A DNA stretch of 64,000 nucleotides from an uncultured Candidatus Rokubacteria bacterium (GCA_963758635.1 CAVWWD010000003.1:608001-672000); one strand, 5' to 3'; positions 42,690-53,915 are shown, counted from the first letter of the stretch. Made by a program: numbers and translations. The notes: a model not told the origin generated them from the letters alone.

Positions 42690-43179
42690 CGGGGCGTCCC
42701 CCGCGCTGCCGCCACGCCTGCACGTTCGCCTCGATCTGGCGGCTGTGGCCCTCCAGGTGGTCGGCGTAGATGCGGAGCCAGTCGACCATCCCGTAGGCGC
42801 CCGACTCGGTGTGACGCCCCGTGCGGCCCCAGGCCGACTCGGGGAGACCGCGCAATAACGGCACCGTGCTGGCCCGCACGGCGGTCACCGTGGCGAGGGC
42901 GAGCTCGATGGACTGCGCGTGGTAGTCGAGGTCCCGGGCCCAGCGGTCCTGGTCGTAGCCGACGATCACCGGCTCGGGATCGGTGAGGAGCGTCCGGACC
43001 CGGCTGTAGGAGGCGGTCTCGCTGTCCGAGCAGTGCACCACGACCTCGTGCGCCGACCACTCGCCGGCCGCCCGCCGCCAGGTGAGCGCCTCCGCCGGCA
43101 CGGTGGCGAGCGCGGCGCGCAGGCGCGCCGGTCCCTGCGCGTACTGGTCGATGAGCCGGCCGCGCTCCGCCGGGGTCAT
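42643..43179 (-). CDS. DinB/YfiT-family metal-dependent protein
   Basis: WSAHEVVVH..DSE, YDQDRWA, H.EGH.RQI. Confidence 0.85.
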   Translation of the reverse strand: MTPAERGRLIDQYAQGPARLRAALATVPAEALTWRRAAGEWSAHEVVVHCSDSETASYSRVRTLLTDPEPVIVGYDQDRWARDLDYHAQSIELALATVTAVRASTVPLLRGLPESAWGRTGRHTESGAYGMVDWLRIYADHLEGHSRQIEANVQAWRQRGGRPAREPRASDQCRALGL

Positions 43180-44112
43180 TGCGCGCGAGCCCGGCCTCGC
43201 GCAGGGCGAGGCGGATGCGGTCGCGCTCGTCGTCGGACACCGGGGTCAGCGGCGGCCGCACGTGCGCGGCGGGGATGCGACCGAGGATGGCGAGGGCCTC
43301 CTTCATGCGGTTGTGCATGTCCACGAACGGCGGCGCGTAGAAGACGGCTACCAGCGGCGCCAGCCGCTCGTTGACGGCGCTGCGCTCGCGCGAGGTCGCC
43401 CGCGGCCACCGCGGCGAAGAGCTCGGCCTGCAGGTCGGCGGCCACGCTGCCCATGCCGGAGATGCAGCCGTCGGCGCCCAGCAGGAAGCTCGGCCATCAG
43501 CGACATGGTGAACGAGGAGAGCATCGCCACCGGGCGCCCCGACGCGCGGAGCGCGCGGAGGTTCCGCTCGTACGCCACGATGTCGTTGGACCAGTCCTTG
43601 ACCGCGACCACCGACGGGATCTTGCAGAGCGCGGCGAGCGTCTCGGGGCTGTAGCCGATGCCCGAGGCCGGCGGGTACTCGAACACGATCGAGCGGCAGG
43701 TCCACCCCGTCGGCGAGGGTCGAGAAGTGCCGCAGCACCATGTCCGGCTTCACCTGCGCGCCCCACATGAAGACGGTGGGCGGGAACACGAGGAGCCCGG
43801 CCGCGCCGCCGCGTCCTGGGCGTCGCGCGCGAGCGCCACCGCCTCCTGCGTGCCGTCGGCGTACACGCCGGCGATCACCGGCACCTTGCCCGCGACCTCG
43901 TCCAGCGCGATGGCCAGCGCGCGGCGGCGCTCGTCGCGCGACAGCGACGAGACCTCGGCGGCGTGGCCGTTGGCCACGATGCCGGTGACGCCGCGCGTGT
44001 CGGCGAGCCACCGGAGGTGCGCGCGGTACGCCGGCTCGTCGATCTCGAGATCGGCGCGGAACGGGAGGAGGTTGGCGGGCATGCAGCCGGAGAAGCGGAG
44101 CTCGCTCGTCAT
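43176..44112 (-). CDS. DapA/dihydrodipicolinate synthase-like aldolase or dehydratase; multiple frameshifts
   Basis: PANLLPF..D..ID, NGHAAE, VPVIAG, FEYP, VVAVKDWS Schiff-base Lys, MKEAL..LG, VRPPL. Confidence 0.78.
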
Positions 44113-44170
44113 GGGGTCCTCCGGAGGAGTGCGGGACCTGTTCCACCGCGTGGGGCAACGTCGTGGTCGC

Positions 44171-44828
44171 TCAGGCTCGGGCCAGCTCGTCGGCCACGTC
44201 GCGGGCGGAGACGCACCCGGGCGTAGGCGCGCGCGAGCAGGTCCAGCACGGCGCGCTGGATCTCGGGCCAGAGCGTCGCCACCGCGTCCTCGACCACGGT
44301 GATCCGGTACTCGCGGTTGAAGCCGCCGATGACGGTGGCGAGCACGCAGATGTCGGTCATGGTGCCGGCGACCACCAGCGACGTGACGCCCAGGGCGCGG
44401 AGAGCGCCGTCCAGCACGGTGCCGTTGAACGCGTCGTAGTAGTGCTTGCGCACGACCAGCTCGTCCGGCCGCGGCTTGAGGTCGGCGATGGTGTCGGCGC
44501 TCTCGTCGCCCTCCAGGCACGAGGACGACGGACGCCCGTGTCCGGTGACGGCGCCGGCCTCGGCGCGGCGGTGCTCGGGATGGAGGCGCCGACCAGGAGG
44601 GGGGCCAGCTCGCGAGTACACGAACTCGGTGAAGACCACGGGCAGGCCCTGGCCGCGGAAGAGCGTCAGCAGGTCCTGGATGCGCGGGACGATGTCGCGG
44701 GCGGGCGGGACTTCCATCGCCTGGCCTGGCTCGACGAAGCCGCGCTGCATGTCGATGACGAGGAGCGCGGCGTGGCGGAGGTCGAGGGCGGCGGGGCTGG
44801 GGCGGTCACGGGCGCGGCTGATGGTCAC
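44171..44828 (-). CDS. Isochorismatase-family cysteine hydrolase; frameshifted
   Basis: ALLVIDMQRGF, VRKHYYDAF.GT, GTMTDICV, EDAVA. Confidence 0.82.
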
Positions 44829-44930
44829 TGCGTTGGCTCAGGTCTGGCTGGTCGCGGGCGGCCTCGCTGGTCTTCGGTTGTTTCCACTGCATTTCCATAT
44901 CCGCTCAGCTCGCCTTCGGCTCGCTTCGCA

Positions 44931-45311
44931 CTACCACGCCGCCACGGAGAACGCGTTGGGGATGTGGCGGATGGCTTTGACGCCGCCTTCGTCGTTGACG
45001 ATCACGGCGACCACGTCGAAGCGGCACGGCTGCTCGCGGAGGCGCTTGAGCTTGAGGTAGCCATGGGCCAGCTTGCCGAGCCGGTTCTGCTTGCGCGTGT
45101 TCACGCCGGCCTGCGGCGGGTCGCCGATCAGGTCCTTGCGCGTCTTGACCTCGACGAAGACGAGGGTCTTGCCTTCCTTGGCGACGAGGTCGATCTCGCC
45201 GGCGCGCGTCCGCACGTTCTTGTCCAGGATCGAGTAGCCGCAGCGCGCGAGGAAGCGCGCGGCTTCGTCTTCCCCCTTGACGCCGATGACTCTGCGACCG
45301 TCGGTGGGCAC
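44931..45311 (-). CDS. yraN: YraN-family (UPF0102) nuclease-like protein
   Basis: G.KGED.A..FL, GEIDLVA, VFVEVKTR, RFDVVAV. Confidence 0.92.
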   Translation of the reverse strand: MPTDGRRVIGVKGEDEAARFLARCGYSILDKNVRTRAGEIDLVAKEGKTLVFVEVKTRKDLIGDPPQAGVNTRKQNRLGKLAHGYLKLKRLREQPCRFDVVAVIVNDEGGVKAIRHIPNAFSVAAW

Positions 45312-45316
45312 TCTCT

Positions 45317-45772
45317 TCACTCCTTTACGAGGACGAGATCGAACGTCGCCTCGGTCTGGCCGGCCCTCGGGTAGAGCTGGGTCGTGAGAGGCCGGTGTCC
45401 TGCCGCGGCGATCTTGAAATGAACGTGCGACGGCCGCCCTCCGTAGGGCGGCGGGAAATGGGTCTCGAAGCGGTAGCCGCCGCCGTCGCCGGCGACGAGC
45501 GAGCCACGATGGGCGTCGTCGTACGTGCCCTGAGGATTCGCCTGCCACCACTCGACGCGGGCGCCGGGCAGGGGAGCGCAGGACCCGGCGGACTTGACCG
45601 TTCCACGGATGACGAAGCCGGTGCCCGTGGCCTCCCGGCGCGGCGCGCCGGGCTTGTAGAACGGGCCCTCCATGTCGCTCCGGGTGGGTGCGCAGCCCGC
45701 CTGGCCCATCGCGGAGCCCCAGAGAGCGAGCCCCAGCGCCAGCCCCGTGACCGTCACGACCGTCGCCTTCAT
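45317..45772 (-). CDS. Secreted intradiol ring-cleavage dioxygenase-like protein
   Basis: Signal peptide; EGPFY, EWWQAN..G.Y, P.PY..RPSHVH, TTQLY. Confidence 0.85.
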   Translation of the reverse strand: MKATVVTVTGLALGLALWGSAMGQAGCAPTRSDMEGPFYKPGAPRREATGTGFVIRGTVKSAGSCAPLPGARVEWWQANPQGTYDDAHRGSLVAGDGGGYRFETHFPPPYGGRPSHVHFKIAAAGHRPLTTQLYPRAGQTEATFDLVLVKE

Positions 45773-45777
45773 CGTCC

Positions 45778-46413
45778 TCAGTCTTCGTCCTCGCTCACGA
45801 ACAGATCGCCCTGCGCCCACACCCCGCTGAAGCTCCTCCTGTGCAGGGGGCAGGGACCGTGACGCCACAGCGCCAGCCGGTGCTCCTCGGTGCCGTAGCC
45901 CTTGTGACGAGCGAACCCGTACTCCGGATACAGCCTGTCCGCCTCCGCCATGAGCCGGTCGCGGGTCACCTTGGCCACGATCGAGGCCGCCGCGACCGTC
46001 GCCGAGCGCCTGTCCCCGCCGACCAGGTTCCGCTGGGGGGTCGAGAGCCCCGCCAGCTCCACGAAGTCGGTTAGCACCAGCTCGGGGACCCGCGCGAGCG
46101 CGGCCAGGGCCTGACGCATCGCCTCCCGCGTGGCCTCGAGGATGTTGATCCGGTCGATCGTCTCCGGATCCGCGATCCCCACGCCCACCGCGATCGCCCG
46201 TTGCGTGATCACCCCGTAGAGCCGCTCCCGCTCCTCCGGCAGGAGGAGCTTCGAGTCGTCCACCCCCCGGATCACGGCCCGGGGATCCACGATCACCGCC
46301 GCCGCCACCACGGGTCCGGCGAGCGGACCCCGTCCCGCCTCATCGACCCCGGCGATCAGGGTGACGCCGCTCCGCCACGCCGCGCGCTCGAAGCGATACG
46401 GAGCGGCCGTGAC
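45778..46413 (-). CDS. rnhB: Ribonuclease HII (no canonical start codon for the conserved N-terminus)
   Basis: In-frame IAGVDEAGRGPLAGPVVAAAV upstream of the tracked start; DDSK, INILEAT, AAASIVAKV.RD, HKGYGT. Confidence 0.93.
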   Translation of the reverse strand, partial: VTAAPYRFERAAWRSGVTLIAGVDEAGRGPLAGPVVAAAVIVDPRAVIRGVDDSKLLLPEERERLYGVITQRAIAVGVGIADPETIDRINILEATREAMRQALAALARVPELVLTDFVELAGLSTPQRNLVGGDRRSATVAAASIVAKVTRDRLMAEADRLYPEYGFARHKGYGTEEHRLALWRHGPCPLHRRSFSGVWAQGDLFVSEDED

Positions 46414-46420
46414 CGGCCTC

Positions 46421-46798
46421 CTACTCGCCCTGCTCGCTCGCGCCAGGCACCTGGGTCAGGCGCTTCTCCTTCAAGCGCGCGGCCTTGCCGGCCAGCCCGC
46501 GCAGGTAGTACAGCTTCGACCGGCGCACGATCGCCCGCTTCAGCAGCTGGACCCGCTCGATGCGGGGTGAATGCAGGGGGAACGTGCGCTCCACGCCCAC
46601 GCCGTACGAGATGCGCCGCACCGTGAACGAGGCGCCGGTGCCGCCGCCGCGCTTGCGGATGACCACGCCCTCGAAGGCCTGCAGCCGCTCCTTCTCGCCC
46701 TCGATGACCTTGACCGAGACCTTCACGGTGTCACCCGGGACGAAGCTGCCCCGGTCCTTCCGGATGTGACCCGCCTCCACCACCTTGATCGCTTCCAT
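46421..46798 (-). CDS. rplS: 50S ribosomal protein L19
   Basis: [42 protein letters not shown]. Confidence 0.98.
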   Translation of the reverse strand: MEAIKVVEAGHIRKDRGSFVPGDTVKVSVKVIEGEKERLQAFEGVVIRKRGGGTGASFTVRRISYGVGVERTFPLHSPRIERVQLLKRAIVRRSKLYYLRGLAGKAARLKEKRLTQVPGASEQGE

Positions 46799-46819
46799 GA
46801 CTCTCCCCCGGGTGCTCCG

Positions 46820-47605
46820 TTACGTGACGTAGTCGTCCGGCCGCCGGCCGTGCCGGAAGCCGTCCAGCCACTTCTGCTCCTCGGGCGACAGATCGGCCGT
46901 CTCGAGGAGATCCGGCCGACGCTCCCATGTTCGCCACACCGCCATGACACGCCGCCAGCGGTCCACGCGGGCGTGGTCGCCCGACACCAGGGTCCCCGGC
47001 ACCGCGCGACCGCGCCACACGTCGGGGCGCGTGTACTGCGGTTGCTCGAGGAGCCCCCGCGCGAACGAGTCGCGCTCCGGCGCCTCCGCCTGTCCCAGCA
47101 CGCCCGGACGAAGCCGCGTCACCGCGTCCGCGATGACCAGCGCGCCGAGCTCGCCCCCCGTCAGCACGTAGTCGCCGATCGACAGCTCGCCGTCCATCAG
47201 CTCGCGGGCTCGCTCGTCCACGCCCTCGTACCGACCGCACACCAGCACCAGGTGCGGGCACCGGGCCAGCTCCCGCGCCACCGCCTGCGTGAAGCGGCGG
47301 CCCGCCGGATCGAGCAGGAACACCCGCGTCCCCTCGGTCCGCAGCGACTCGATGCTCGCCGCCAGCGGCTCCGGCTTGAGGATCATCCCGCCCCCACCCC
47401 CGAACGGGGCGTCGTCGGTGACCTGGTGCCGCCCCGTCGCCGCGTCCCGGAGGTTCCACACCCGGATCTGCACCAGCCCGCGCGCCTGGGCTCGCGCGAG
47501 GATCGACTCCCGCAGCGGGCCGTCGAACATGCCCGGGAACAGCGTGACGATGTCGATGCGCGCGGGCGCCGCGCCCGCCGACTCCTCACCATCCGCGCTC
47601 GTCAC
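46820..47605 (-). CDS. trmD: tRNA (guanine37-N1)-methyltransferase
   Basis: TLFPGMF, DDAPFGGGGGM, CGRYEGVDER, SIGDYVLTGGE, PQYTRP. Confidence 0.97.
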   Translation of the reverse strand: MTSADGEESAGAAPARIDIVTLFPGMFDGPLRESILARAQARGLVQIRVWNLRDAATGRHQVTDDAPFGGGGGMILKPEPLAASIESLRTEGTRVFLLDPAGRRFTQAVARELARCPHLVLVCGRYEGVDERARELMDGELSIGDYVLTGGELGALVIADAVTRLRPGVLGQAEAPERDSFARGLLEQPQYTRPDVWRGRAVPGTLVSGDHARVDRWRRVMAVWRTWERRPDLLETADLSPEEQKWLDGFRHGRRPDDYVT

Positions 47606-48126
47606 AGCTCCAGCAACCCCTCGGGCGGATCGATCACGATCCGGCGATCCGCCACGCTCACGTCCACGACGATCTCCGGCACCGCGGGAACGAGACGCTC
47701 CCGGTCCCCGTCCACCACCACCCAGAGGGCCTGCCCCTCCGAGCCTTCGACGCGGACGAACCGGCCCACGACGCGACCCGTGGTCGTCACGACCTCGGCC
47801 CCCTCGAGCTGCCAGGGGTAGAAGTGCCCGGGCTCCGGGGGCAGGACGGACTCACGCTCGATCGCGAGCAACCGGCCCTGGAGCTGCCGCGCCTCCTCGG
47901 GGGACTCGACGCCCTCGAAGCGCACGAAGACGGCGTCACGCTCGACCCGGTAGCCGGCGATGCGGCGCCGCTCGATCCGGTCCGTCCGCCGGTCCACCAT
48001 GAAGCACTCCGGCAGGGCGGCGAACCGCTCGTGCGGACGATCCGTCAACGGCCGCACCTTTAGCTCTCCCCGAAGGCCGTAGGGCCGCAGCACCTCACCC
48101 ACCGCCACGAGAGATCCCGTCGACAT
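47602..48126 (-). CDS. rimM: 16S rRNA processing protein
   Basis: VG.V...YGLRGELKV, FY..QLEG..V, LVP.V, PPEGLLEL; start MSTGSL. Confidence 0.93.
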   Translation of the reverse strand: MSTGSLVAVGEVLRPYGLRGELKVRPLTDRPHERFAALPECFMVDRRTDRIERRRIAGYRVERDAVFVRFEGVESPEEARQLQGRLLAIERESVLPPEPGHFYPWQLEGAEVVTTTGRVVGRFVRVEGSEGQALWVVVDGDRERLVPAVPEIVVDVSVADRRIVIDPPEGLLEL

Positions 48127-48179
48127 CTCCGTCCTCGCGAGACGCGCGGCCGCAGGGACGGGTCCGGCCGCGCCCTCCG

Positions 48180-48428
48180 TCAGCTCTTGGGCTGGCCCGC
48201 GCGCAACAGGAGCACGCGCACCGTGTTGCTGGGCTGGGCGCCCTTCTTGATCCACGCCGCCGCCTTTTCCGTCTCGATCTTGATTGTGGGCGGGTTGGTC
48301 AGCGGGTCGTAGTGCCCGATGATCTCGAGGAACCGCCCATCGCGCGCACAGCGGGAATCCGCCACCACCACGCGGTAGGCGGGCCGCTTCGTCGTGCCCG
48401 TTCGTCGCAGCCGGATGTGTACCGCCAC
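48180..48428 (-). CDS. rpsP: 30S ribosomal protein S16
   Basis: [35 protein letters not shown]. Confidence 0.98.
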   Translation of the reverse strand: MAVHIRLRRTGTTKRPAYRVVVADSRCARDGRFLEIIGHYDPLTNPPTIKIETEKAAAWIKKGAQPSNTVRVLLLRAGQPKS

Positions 48429-48451
48429 TGGTCACCTCGCTCTGGTTGTCG

Positions 48452-49795
<1,344 letters not shown>

Positions 49796-49834
49796 AAGTA
49801 GTCCTCGAGACGCAGGGGCTTCTCGAGAGGCTAG

Positions 49835-49864
49835 AGGATATTCTCGAGCAGGCTGAAAAGTCAA
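49835..49864 (-). promoter_or_regulatory. Sigma70-like promoter for the ffh-rpsP operon
   Basis: TTGACT-N18-TATCCT on the minus strand. Confidence 0.45.
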
Positions 49865-49866
49865 GC

Positions 49867-50523
49867 CTATTTCGCTACTTCCGCAGCACTCCTGAGGTCC
49901 CTGACCGCCTGGGCCGGATCCGGCGCCCCGAAGACGGCCGATCCGGCGACCAGCACGTCCGCGCCCGCCCGGACCAGGGCCTCCACTCTCGACTTGCCAA
50001 CTCCCCCATCGACGGAGATCTCGATCGGGCGGGGACCCAGCAAAGACCTTATCTGACGGATCTTTACCACGGACGACGGGATGAACGACTGGCCGCCGAA
50101 CCCGGGGTTCACGGACATGACCAGGACCAGGTCGATGTCGTCCAGGACGTACTCGATGGCCGAGGGGGGCGTCCCTGGGTTGAGGGCGACGCCGGCCCGA
50201 GCGCCGAGCTCGCGGATCTGGGCCAGGCACCGCTGCAGGTGGCGGGCGGCCTCGACGTGAACGGTCAGGACGTTGGCGCCGGCCCGGACGTAGGTCTCCA
50301 CCCAGCGATCGGGTTCGTCGATCATCAGGTGAACGTCGAGCGGGATCCGGGTCCGCTTGCGAATGGACTCGATCACGGGCGGGCCGATCGTCAGGTTCGG
50401 GACGAAGTGGCCGTCCATCACGTCCACGTGGAGCCGGTCCGGTTGCCCGGCCTCGACGCGGGCGATCGCCTCTCCGAGCGCCGCGAAGTCCGCCGAGAGG
50501 ATGCTCGGAGCGATGAGGGTCAC
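49867..50523 (-). CDS. rpe: Ribulose-phosphate 3-epimerase
   Basis: IAPSILSADF, HVDVMDGHFVPNLT, DVHLMI, MSVNPGFGGQ, VDGG. Confidence 0.97.
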   Translation of the reverse strand: MTLIAPSILSADFAALGEAIARVEAGQPDRLHVDVMDGHFVPNLTIGPPVIESIRKRTRIPLDVHLMIDEPDRWVETYVRAGANVLTVHVEAARHLQRCLAQIRELGARAGVALNPGTPPSAIEYVLDDIDLVLVMSVNPGFGGQSFIPSSVVKIRQIRSLLGPRPIEISVDGGVGKSRVEALVRAGADVLVAGSAVFGAPDPAQAVRDLRSAAEVAK

Positions 50524-50679
50524 GGCAGGACCTTACTCTAGCGGGCGATCGGCTGCAAACGCGCCCGCGCGAGCGCGGCGCGCGACACGTGCCCCGCCTG
50601 ACGGAACCACCGGCGATGACGCTCCGGATCGTGCCGCCGCGCTCGTACAGGATCAGCGGATGCGGACTGACGGGGCCGG

Positions 50680-52029
50680 TCAGAGCCGGCGCAGGCGGAT
50701 GGCGGTGAACCCGTCGGTGCCGTGGCGGTGCGGCAGCAGGCGCACGACGCCGGAGGCGTCGGGCGCGACGTCCGCGGCCTCCGGCACGTCGATGCGCCAG
50801 TCGGGATGCGCGGCGAGGAACGGGCCGAAGACCTCCTCGTTCTCCTCCGGCTCCAGCGAGCACGTCGCGTAGACCAGCGTGCCACCGGGTCTCGCCGTCG
50901 TCGCCGCGGCCTCCAGGATGCTCCGCTGGCGCGACTGGAGCTGGCGAAGGTCGTCCTCCGTCCGGCGCCACTTCACCTCGGGGTTGCGGCGCAGCACGCC
51001 CAGGTTCGAGCAGGGCGCGTCGACGAGGACGCGGTCGAAGCGGCCGGGCCAGTGGGCGGCGTGGGCGGCCACGGTGCCCACGCGCGCCTCGACGATGGTG
51101 ATCCCGAGGCGGGTCGCGGCGCGCTCGAGCAGGGTGAGCCGCGCCGCCTGGGGATCGACGGCGACGATGCCCCCGCGGTTGTCCATCATCTGGGCGAGGT
51201 GGGTGGCCTTGGTGCCGGGCGCCGCGCACGCGTCCAGGACCTGCTCGCCGGGGCGCGCTCCGACGAGGCGCGCCACGATCATCGACGCCTCGTCCTGCAC
51301 CGCGAAGTCGCCGTCCGCGAACGCCCGCCACGACCCGACGGCGCCCCGCTTGAGGACGAGCGCCTCGGGCACCAGCGTCGACGGGCGGATCTCGGCCAGC
51401 TCCTCCTGCACCAGGCGCGCGGACAGCGCCTCACGCGTCACCCGGAGCGTGTTCGCGCGGAGGGCGACGGGCGGCCGCTCGTTCATCGCGGCCATCAGGG
51501 CGTGGGCCTCCTCGCGGCCGTAGCGCGCGATCCAGCGCGCGGCGATCCAGTCGGGAAACGACCAGCGGAGCCCGGCGGCCTCCACCTCCGACGCGGGCAG
51601 CGGCGGGGCGCCCGGCGCGCGGGTGAGCGAGCGAAGCACGGCGTTCACGAACTCCGCGGGGCCCCGGGTCCGCGACTTCAGGCGTGCGAGGCTCACCGCC
51701 TCGTCCACCGCGGCCCAGCGCGGCACACGGTCGAGGAACAGCACCTGGTACACGGTGAGCCGAAGGACGGCACGCACCCAGGGATCCAGCTTGGCCATGG
51801 GGCGCCGGAGGTACGGCGCGAGGCGCCAGTCGAGGTGCCGCTGCCAGCGCAGCGTGCCGTAGACGATCTCCGTGCACAGCGCCGCGTCGCGTGGCGGCAG
51901 CCGGGCGCGGTCGAGCGCGTGCTCGAGCACGATGCCGGAGAACGCGCGGTCGGTCTCGACGCGGACGAGGATCTGGAGGGCCTCGAAGCGGGCCTGGGAA
52001 ACGGGGCCCGCGCGAAGCGCTTCCGTCAC
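50680..52029 (-). CDS. rsmB: 16S rRNA m5C967 methyltransferase
   Basis: NusB-like N-domain (FVNAVLR), [34 protein letters not shown] start overlaps the mbtH TGA. Confidence 0.95.
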   Translation of the reverse strand: MTEALRAGPVSQARFEALQILVRVETDRAFSGIVLEHALDRARLPPRDAALCTEIVYGTLRWQRHLDWRLAPYLRRPMAKLDPWVRAVLRLTVYQVLFLDRVPRWAAVDEAVSLARLKSRTRGPAEFVNAVLRSLTRAPGAPPLPASEVEAAGLRWSFPDWIAARWIARYGREEAHALMAAMNERPPVALRANTLRVTREALSARLVQEELAEIRPSTLVPEALVLKRGAVGSWRAFADGDFAVQDEASMIVARLVGARPGEQVLDACAAPGTKATHLAQMMDNRGGIVAVDPQAARLTLLERAATRLGITIVEARVGTVAAHAAHWPGRFDRVLVDAPCSNLGVLRRNPEVKWRRTEDDLRQLQSRQRSILEAAATTARPGGTLVYATCSLEPEENEEVFGPFLAAHPDWRIDVPEAADVAPDASGVVRLLPHRHGTDGFTAIRLRRL

Positions 52030-52247
52030 GAAGGGCTCGAGCCCTCCATCTTCTTGCGCAGGCTGAGCGGCCGCATGTCCGTCCAGACCTCCTTGATATA
52101 GGCGAGGCATTCCGCCTTGAGCCCGGACTTCCCGGCGTCCCGCCAGCCCGGCGCGTTGTCCCGATCGGCGGGCCAGATCGAGTACTGCTCCTCGTGGTTC
52201 ACGACCACCTTGTAGATCGTGCTGTCCTCGTCGTCGTCCTTGGCCAT
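52026..52247 (-). CDS. mbtH: MbtH-like protein (orphan)
   Basis: [35 protein letters not shown]...[18 protein letters not shown], with all three conserved Trp; AAGGAG SD before ATG 52247. Confidence 0.95.
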   Translation of the reverse strand: MAKDDDEDSTIYKVVVNHEEQYSIWPADRDNAPGWRDAGKSGLKAECLAYIKEVWTDMRPLSLRKKMEGSSPS

Positions 52248-52260
52248 CTGTCGCTCCTTT

Positions 52261-52446
52261 TGGGGCGCGGGCGCCCGGGCTTGCGCCCGCCCGCGCCTGC
52301 GGCTCGCTTCACTCGGTTCGGTCTGGGGCGCGGGCGCCCGGGCTTGCGCCCGCCCGCGCCTGCGGCTCGCTTCACTCGGTTCGGTCTGGGGCGCGGGCGC
52401 CCGGGCTTGCGCCCGCCCGCGCCTGCGGCTCGGTTCGCTCGGTTCG
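52261..52446. repeat. 63-bp tandem repeat, 3 copies, each with a GC hairpin
   Basis: Unit TGGGGCGCGGGCGCCCGGGCTTGCGCCCGCCCGCGCCTGCGGCTCGCTTCACTCGGTTCGGTC at 52261, 52324 and 52387. Confidence 0.96.
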
Positions 52447-52456
52447 TCCGTCCCGG

Positions 52457-53389
52457 TTACGCGGCTATCTCCGTGAGCCGGCTGCCCGGCCCGAGGCGCG
52501 CGCCGCGGAGATAGTCCGCCCAGCTCATGCTCGCGCGGTTGTCCGGCTGCACCTCGACGGGCAGCAGGAGGCCGTCGCCCGTGGCCACGGCCAGCGCGCC
52601 CGCCCCGCACGCCTGGAGCGTGCCGGGGTGGCCCGTAACGGGCTCGTCCACCACCGTCGCGCGCCACAGGACCAGGCGGCCCGCCGGCGCCGCCACCGCG
52701 GCGCCTGGCCACGGGTTCAACCCGCGGACGCGATTGGCGAGCGCGCGGGCGGGCTCGCCGAGCCGCAGCCAGCCGTCCTCCTTGCGCAGCCGTGGCGCCA
52801 GCGTGGCGAGGCTCGCGTCCTGGGGTGTGGGGACGAGCGAGCCGAGGCGCTCGAGCGTCCGGTCGAGCACGGCGGCGCCGACGTGCGAGAGACGGATGGA
52901 TAGCGCACCCGCCGTCTCGTCGGGCGCGATGGCCACGCGCTCCTGCAGGAGCATGTCGCCCGTGTCCATGCCGGGATCCATCTGGAACGTCGTGATCCCC
53001 GTCTCGGTCTCGCCCCGGATGATACCCCACGCGATCGGAGCGGCCCCGCGGTAGCGCGGCAGGACCGACGCGTGGACGTTGATCGACCCGCGTCGCGGCA
53101 CGTCGAGGATGGCCTTGGGCAGGATCTGGCCGAACGCCACGACCACCGCGACCTCCGCGTCGAACCGGGCGAGCTCCTCGGGCCACCCGGGATCGCGCAG
53201 TCGGACGGGCTGGAGCACGGGGAGCTCGGCCGCCACCGCCCGGCGCTTCACCGCGGAGACGGCCAGGCGCTGGCCGCGCCCGGCGGGCCGGTCGGGCTGA
53301 GTGACCACCGCCACGACCTCGTGGCGGCCGAGGAGCGTCTCCAGGGTCGGCACGGCGAACTCCGGGGTTCCGTAGAAGAGGACCCGCAC
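52457..53389 (-). CDS. fmt: Methionyl-tRNA formyltransferase
   Basis: [50 protein letters not shown]. Confidence 0.96.
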   Translation of the reverse strand: MRVLFYGTPEFAVPTLETLLGRHEVVAVVTQPDRPAGRGQRLAVSAVKRRAVAAELPVLQPVRLRDPGWPEELARFDAEVAVVVAFGQILPKAILDVPRRGSINVHASVLPRYRGAAPIAWGIIRGETETGITTFQMDPGMDTGDMLLQERVAIAPDETAGALSIRLSHVGAAVLDRTLERLGSLVPTPQDASLATLAPRLRKEDGWLRLGEPARALANRVRGLNPWPGAAVAAPAGRLVLWRATVVDEPVTGHPGTLQACGAGALAVATGDGLLLPVEVQPDNRASMSWADYLRGARLGPGSRLTEIAA

Positions 53390-53393
53390 ACTC

Positions 53394-53915
53394 TCAGAGC
53401 GCGAAGGCGTGACGCGGTGCCTTGTCGGGCAGCCCTTCCTTCTGGATGCGTCGCTTGATGCGGTCACGGGTCACGGGGGGGAGCCGGTCGATGAAGAGGA
53501 TACCGTCCAGGTGGTCGATCTCGTGCTGGATCACCCGCGAGAGCATGCCCCGGGCCTCGATGGCCGTGGGCGACCCATCGCGGTCGGTGGCCTGGACGCG
53601 GATCCACTCGCTCCGCTCGACCTCTCCGAAGATGCCGGGAAGCGAGAGGCAGCCCTCCTCGCCCGCCATGGTTCCCCGCCGCTCCACGATCGAGGGGTTC
53701 ACGAGGGCGCGGGTGCCACGCTTGCCGTCGTCGATGACGACGAGCCGGAGCCCGATGCCCACCTGGGGCGCCGCGAGGCCGACCCCGACCTGATCGAACA
53801 TGGTCTCCACCATGTCGTCGATCGTGGACTGGATCTCCGGGGTGATCTCCCCCACCGGCTTCGCCTTCCGCCGGAGGACGGGATCGCCGTAGCGCCTGAC
53901 GCCGAGGACGGCCAT
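53394..53915 (-). CDS. def: Peptide deformylase
   Basis: GVGLAAPQ, EGCLS, QHEIDHLDG. Confidence 0.97.
   Translation of the reverse strand: MAVLGVRRYGDPVLRRKAKPVGEITPEIQSTIDDMVETMFDQVGVGLAAPQVGIGLRLVVIDDGKRGTRALVNPSIVERRGTMAGEEGCLSLPGIFGEVERSEWIRVQATDRDGSPTAIEARGMLSRVIQHEIDHLDGILFIDRLPPVTRDRIKRRIQKEGLPDKAPRHAFAL

Noticed and set aside
52261..52446. CRISPR array
   Set aside because: Units are contiguous with no unique spacers, and no cas genes are in the window; the same applies to the arrays at 301-540 and 13934-13985
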